From positions 1 to 64,000 of the forward strand of contig JANRLD010000015.1 of NCBI GenBank assembly GCA_033762915.1: 64,000 bases of DNA, given 5' to 3'. This document shows positions 61,103 to 64,000 of this stretch, one piece after another. This stretch comes from Meiothermus sp. Lineage in GTDB: Bacteria > Deinococcota > Deinococci > Deinococcales > Thermaceae. The translations under genes were made by a program, and so were the position numbers. Each line of letters opens with the position of its first letter. Position 1 is the stretch's first letter. The notes beneath the pieces were generated by a model. It was not told where the DNA came from. It did not search any database and saw only the letters and a list, made by a program, of their open reading frames with translations.

Positions 61103-61459
61103 ATGGCCCGACTCTCAACTCACGTGCTCGACACCGCGCAAGGCAGGCCCGCGGCGGGACTGGACATCGAACTCTTCAAAATCGGCTCGGCGGGCTCGAG
61201 GCAGTTCATCAAGGCCACCACCACCAACGCCGACGGCCGCACCGACGAGCCACTGCTGTCGGGGGATGTGCTCGAGACCGGAACCTACGAGCTGGTCTTT
61301 CACGCTGGTGCCTACCTCAAGGCGCAGGGACTTAAGCTGCCCGAACCGCCATTTCTGGACGAGGTGCCCATCCGCTTCGGGATTGCCGAGGCCAGGGGAC
61401 ACTACCATGTCCCGTTGCTGCTCTCGCCCTTCGGATACTCGACCTACCGGGGAAGCTGA
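61103..61459 (+). CDS. uraH: 5-hydroxyisourate hydrolase
   Basis: [32 protein letters not shown]. Confidence 0.97.
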   Translation: MARLSTHVLDTAQGRPAAGLDIELFKIGSAGSRQFIKATTTNADGRTDEPLLSGDVLETGTYELVFHAGAYLKAQGLKLPEPPFLDEVPIRFGIAEARGHYHVPLLLSPFGYSTYRGS

Positions 61460-62304
61460 TGCTGCAACCGTTCGAAGTACTGCTCGAGGACCCGGACTCG
61501 GCGTCGGGGCCCCTGCCCCCAAGCCTGGCCCAGGTCTACGGCGGTGGCCTGCGGCTCGCCGAGCGCCGCGGTCGGCCTTTGGTGTTCTCCAACTTCGTCC
61601 TCAGCCGCGACGGGCGAACTTCCTTCAACCTTCCGGGTCAGGCCGGCGGGGGAGAGGTCTCGGCTTTTAACCCCCACGACCAGTGGCTGATGGGCCTGCT
61701 GCGGGCGCGGGCCGACGCGGTGATGGTGGGCGACGGGACGCTGCGACTGGAGCCCGAGCACCTCTGGACCAGCAACTACATCTGCCCCACCCACGCCGAG
61801 CCGTTTTCGGCCTGGCGGCTCGAGCTGGGCCTGCCGGGCCCTCCGCTCCAGGTGATCGTCTCGCTCGAGGGCGACTTTCCCCCCGAGGCTGCGGTGTTCG
61901 GTGCAGGGCTCGAGGTGCTGATCGCCACCACCCCGCGTGGGCTGGCCAGAGCCGAGGAGCGGGCCGGTGGTCGGGCCACGGTGCTGGTGGTGGGCGAGGA
62001 GAGCGGGGTGGACCTGCGCCGCCTGGGCCAGCTGCTGTACGCGGACTTTGGGATCCGGGCGCTCTTGTGCGAGGGCGGCCCCCGCCTGATTGGCTCGGTG
62101 ATCCGGCAGGGGCAGCTGGACGAAGAGTTCTTGTGCCTGAGCCCGGTGGTGATCGGGCAGAACTCCGCCGAAGGGCTGCGGCCAGGTTTGATCGAGGGCG
62201 TGGGCTTCACCCCCGAACTTGCCCCGCGCTCGAGGCCGGTGAGCCTCCGCCGGGCGGGGGACTATCTGTTCCTGCGCTCTAGGTACGAGTATCGCGGGGC
62301 GTGA
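61459..62304 (+). CDS. RibD C-terminal (pyrimidine reductase-like) domain protein
   Basis: SNFVLSRDG, LRARADAVMVGDGTLR, LLCEGGP; TGATG overlap with uraH. Confidence 0.88.
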   Translation: MLQPFEVLLEDPDSASGPLPPSLAQVYGGGLRLAERRGRPLVFSNFVLSRDGRTSFNLPGQAGGGEVSAFNPHDQWLMGLLRARADAVMVGDGTLRLEPEHLWTSNYICPTHAEPFSAWRLELGLPGPPLQVIVSLEGDFPPEAAVFGAGLEVLIATTPRGLARAEERAGGRATVLVVGEESGVDLRRLGQLLYADFGIRALLCEGGPRLIGSVIRQGQLDEEFLCLSPVVIGQNSAEGLRPGLIEGVGFTPELAPRSRPVSLRRAGDYLFLRSRYEYRGA

Positions 62305-62390
62305 GGTTCGAAAGTTGAGGTATAAAAGATAATCGTTTCAGGGTTGCCCACACGGGGAGACACTTCGATTATTGGAAGGTGGCGAATTTC

Positions 62391-62412
62391 TTCACGAACA
62401 CTTTATCGTGAA
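62391..62412. promoter_or_regulatory. Inverted repeat upstream of allC (possible operator)
   Basis: TTCACGA-N8-TCGTGAA in a lower-GC intergenic region. Confidence 0.35.
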
Positions 62413-62483
62413 TGTTTGCACATATTACCGTGCCCAAAAGCTGTGCCTCAAGAGCGCCCGGAAGGTAGACTTTGGTCTGACTT

Positions 62484-63719
62484 ATGACCGCCCAAGACCT
62501 GGCCCTCGAGGCCGTTCAACGCTGTCACCAGCTGGCCCGCTTCTCCGAAGAGGCAGGCAAACTCACCCGTACCTTCCTGACCCCGCCGATGCGGGAGGTT
62601 CACGCTGCACTGACCACCTGGATGGCCGAGTTGGGGATGGAGGTGCGGGTCGACGGCATCGGTAACCTGATTGGGCGCTACCCCGGTCTCACCCCCGATG
62701 CACCCGCGTTTCTGATCGGCTCGCACGTCGACACCGTGCGCGACGCGGGTAAGTACGACGGCCCACTGGGGGTGATGCTGGGGTTGGCCCTGGTGAAGGG
62801 ACTGGGGGGCCGGCGGCTGCCGTTTGCAATCGAGGTGGTGGCTTTTTCGGAAGAGGAGGGGGTGCGCTTCTCGGTACCCTTCTTCGGCAGCAAGACCCTC
62901 ACCGGCCGCTTCGATCCGGAATATCTCAAGCTGAGGGATGCTGAGGGGGTCAGCCTCGAGCAGGCCCTGCGCAACTTCGGGCTGGACTCGAGCTGGATTC
63001 GCCGTTCGGCCTACGTGCCGGAGCAGGTGGCGGGCTACCTGGAGTTCCACATCGAGCAGGGCCCGGTGCTGGAGTCGCTGGGGCTGCCGCTGGGGGTGGT
63101 GGAGGCCATCGTGGGGCAGAGCCGGCTCGAGGTGGCGTTCCGAGGAAAGGCCAACCACGCCGGAACCACCCCCATGCACCTGCGCCAGGACGCCCTGGCA
63201 GGGGCCGCCGAGTGGATGACCCTGGTCGAGCGCGAGGCCCGAGAGGAGCCCGGCCTGGTCGCCACGGTGGGGATGATCACCGCACTGCCGGGGGCCGGCA
63301 ACGTGATCCCCGGCGAGGTGCGGATGAGCCTGGACGTGCGCCACCAGTACGACGAGACCCGCAGCCTGGCGGTGGCCAACCTCATCACTCGGGCGCAGCA
63401 GGTGTCCCAGCGGCGGGGCCTCGAGCTCGGCTACCGCGCCCTCTACGAGCAGCCTGCCGTGCCCTGCGACCCGGCGCTCAACGTGCAGCTCGAGGCTGCT
63501 GTGGCCAACGCCGAGTACCCCGTGCACCGGATGGTCTCTGGCGCGGGCCACGACGCGCAGATCATGGCCGCGCTGTGCCCCGCGACGATGCTTTTCATCC
63601 GTACTCCGGCCGGCCTATCGCACCACCCCGACGAGGCGGTGATCGCGTCGGACGTGGCGGCGGCAGTTGCGGTGGGGCTGGGCTTTTTGGAGCAGCTGGC
63701 CGGGAATAGCCAAGGGTGA
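62484..63719 (+). CDS. allC: Allantoate amidohydrolase (M20 family)
   Basis: GSHVDTV, GKYDG, EEEGVRF, EFHIEQGP, HAGTTPM, SGAGHDA, SHHPDE; purine catabolic context. Confidence 0.88.
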   Translation: MTAQDLALEAVQRCHQLARFSEEAGKLTRTFLTPPMREVHAALTTWMAELGMEVRVDGIGNLIGRYPGLTPDAPAFLIGSHVDTVRDAGKYDGPLGVMLGLALVKGLGGRRLPFAIEVVAFSEEEGVRFSVPFFGSKTLTGRFDPEYLKLRDAEGVSLEQALRNFGLDSSWIRRSAYVPEQVAGYLEFHIEQGPVLESLGLPLGVVEAIVGQSRLEVAFRGKANHAGTTPMHLRQDALAGAAEWMTLVEREAREEPGLVATVGMITALPGAGNVIPGEVRMSLDVRHQYDETRSLAVANLITRAQQVSQRRGLELGYRALYEQPAVPCDPALNVQLEAAVANAEYPVHRMVSGAGHDAQIMAALCPATMLFIRTPAGLSHHPDEAVIASDVAAAVAVGLGFLEQLAGNSQG

Positions 63720-63836
63720 ATCAAGGGGTGTGGGGCAACCATTTCCGACTCGAGGGGTTGGGCGATGCTCTTCTAGCCTCTGCATAACGTCTTCGGCGTA
63801 TGTCTCGCGGTCTCATCCCAGAGCTTATAATCAGCC

Positions 63837-64000
63837 ATGCTCGAGCTTGTTATCCGCGGAGGGGCAGTGGTGCGGCCAGAAGGCGTGTCCAAGGCCGACA
63901 TTGGGGTCGAAGGCGGCCGGATCGCCCGGATCGCCCCGGAGATTTCCGAGCCCGCCGAGGCCGAGATATCGGCCGATGGGCTGCACATTTTCCCGGGCCA
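63837..64000 (+). CDS. allB: Cyclic amidohydrolase, probably allantoinase, N-terminal part (runs off the window end)
   Basis: Manual translation MLELVIRGGAVVRPEGVSKADIGVEGGRIARIAPEI...GLHIFPG; TATAAT-N5-ATG; follows allC. Confidence 0.75.
   Translation, partial: MLELVIRGGAVVRPEGVSKADIGVEGGRIARIAPEISEPAEAEISADGLHIFPG

Overview
GC-rich chromosomal segment from a Deinococcota bacterium, most likely Meiothermus-like Thermaceae (inferred from an aqualysin-type protease, a DdrO orthologue with RDRM boxes, many leaderless TAnnnT-N5-7-ATG starts and dense CTCGAG sites). Housekeeping and metabolic content: crtI (partial), S8 protease, tRNA-Val(TAC), pepF, namA, maltose/trehalose-type ABC transporter, methylmalonyl-CoA mutase large subunit, acyl-CoA dehydrogenase-etfBA, clpS/clpA, trmD, and a purine/urate catabolic block (ABC transporter, uraH, RibD-like gene, allC, allB partial). 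Most notable accessory loci: (1) an IclR-controlled catabolic island (17995-28893) with a betaine/histidine-type ABC importer, two ALDHs, Fe-ADH, a mandelate-racemase-subgroup enolase, an AKR and a formaldehyde-activating-enzyme (Fae) homologue, followed by an atypical P450; (2) a BNR beta-propeller plus MoaD/ThiS ubiquitin-like pair enclosing four DinB paralogues (46247-50787), next to three VOC genes and ddrO; (3) an operon (4471-8843) in which a DUF2089 regulator and three partners share a SHOCT-like module, headed by a structured leader and an ADP-ribosyltransferase-like ORF; (4) an LDH homologue lacking its catalytic His and substrate Arg; (5) a PadR-controlled QueG/RdhA-like Fe-S-SCP2 fusion. 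No CRISPR array, rRNA, intact transposase or prophage was seen. All family calls come from motif recognition by eye, not database searches.
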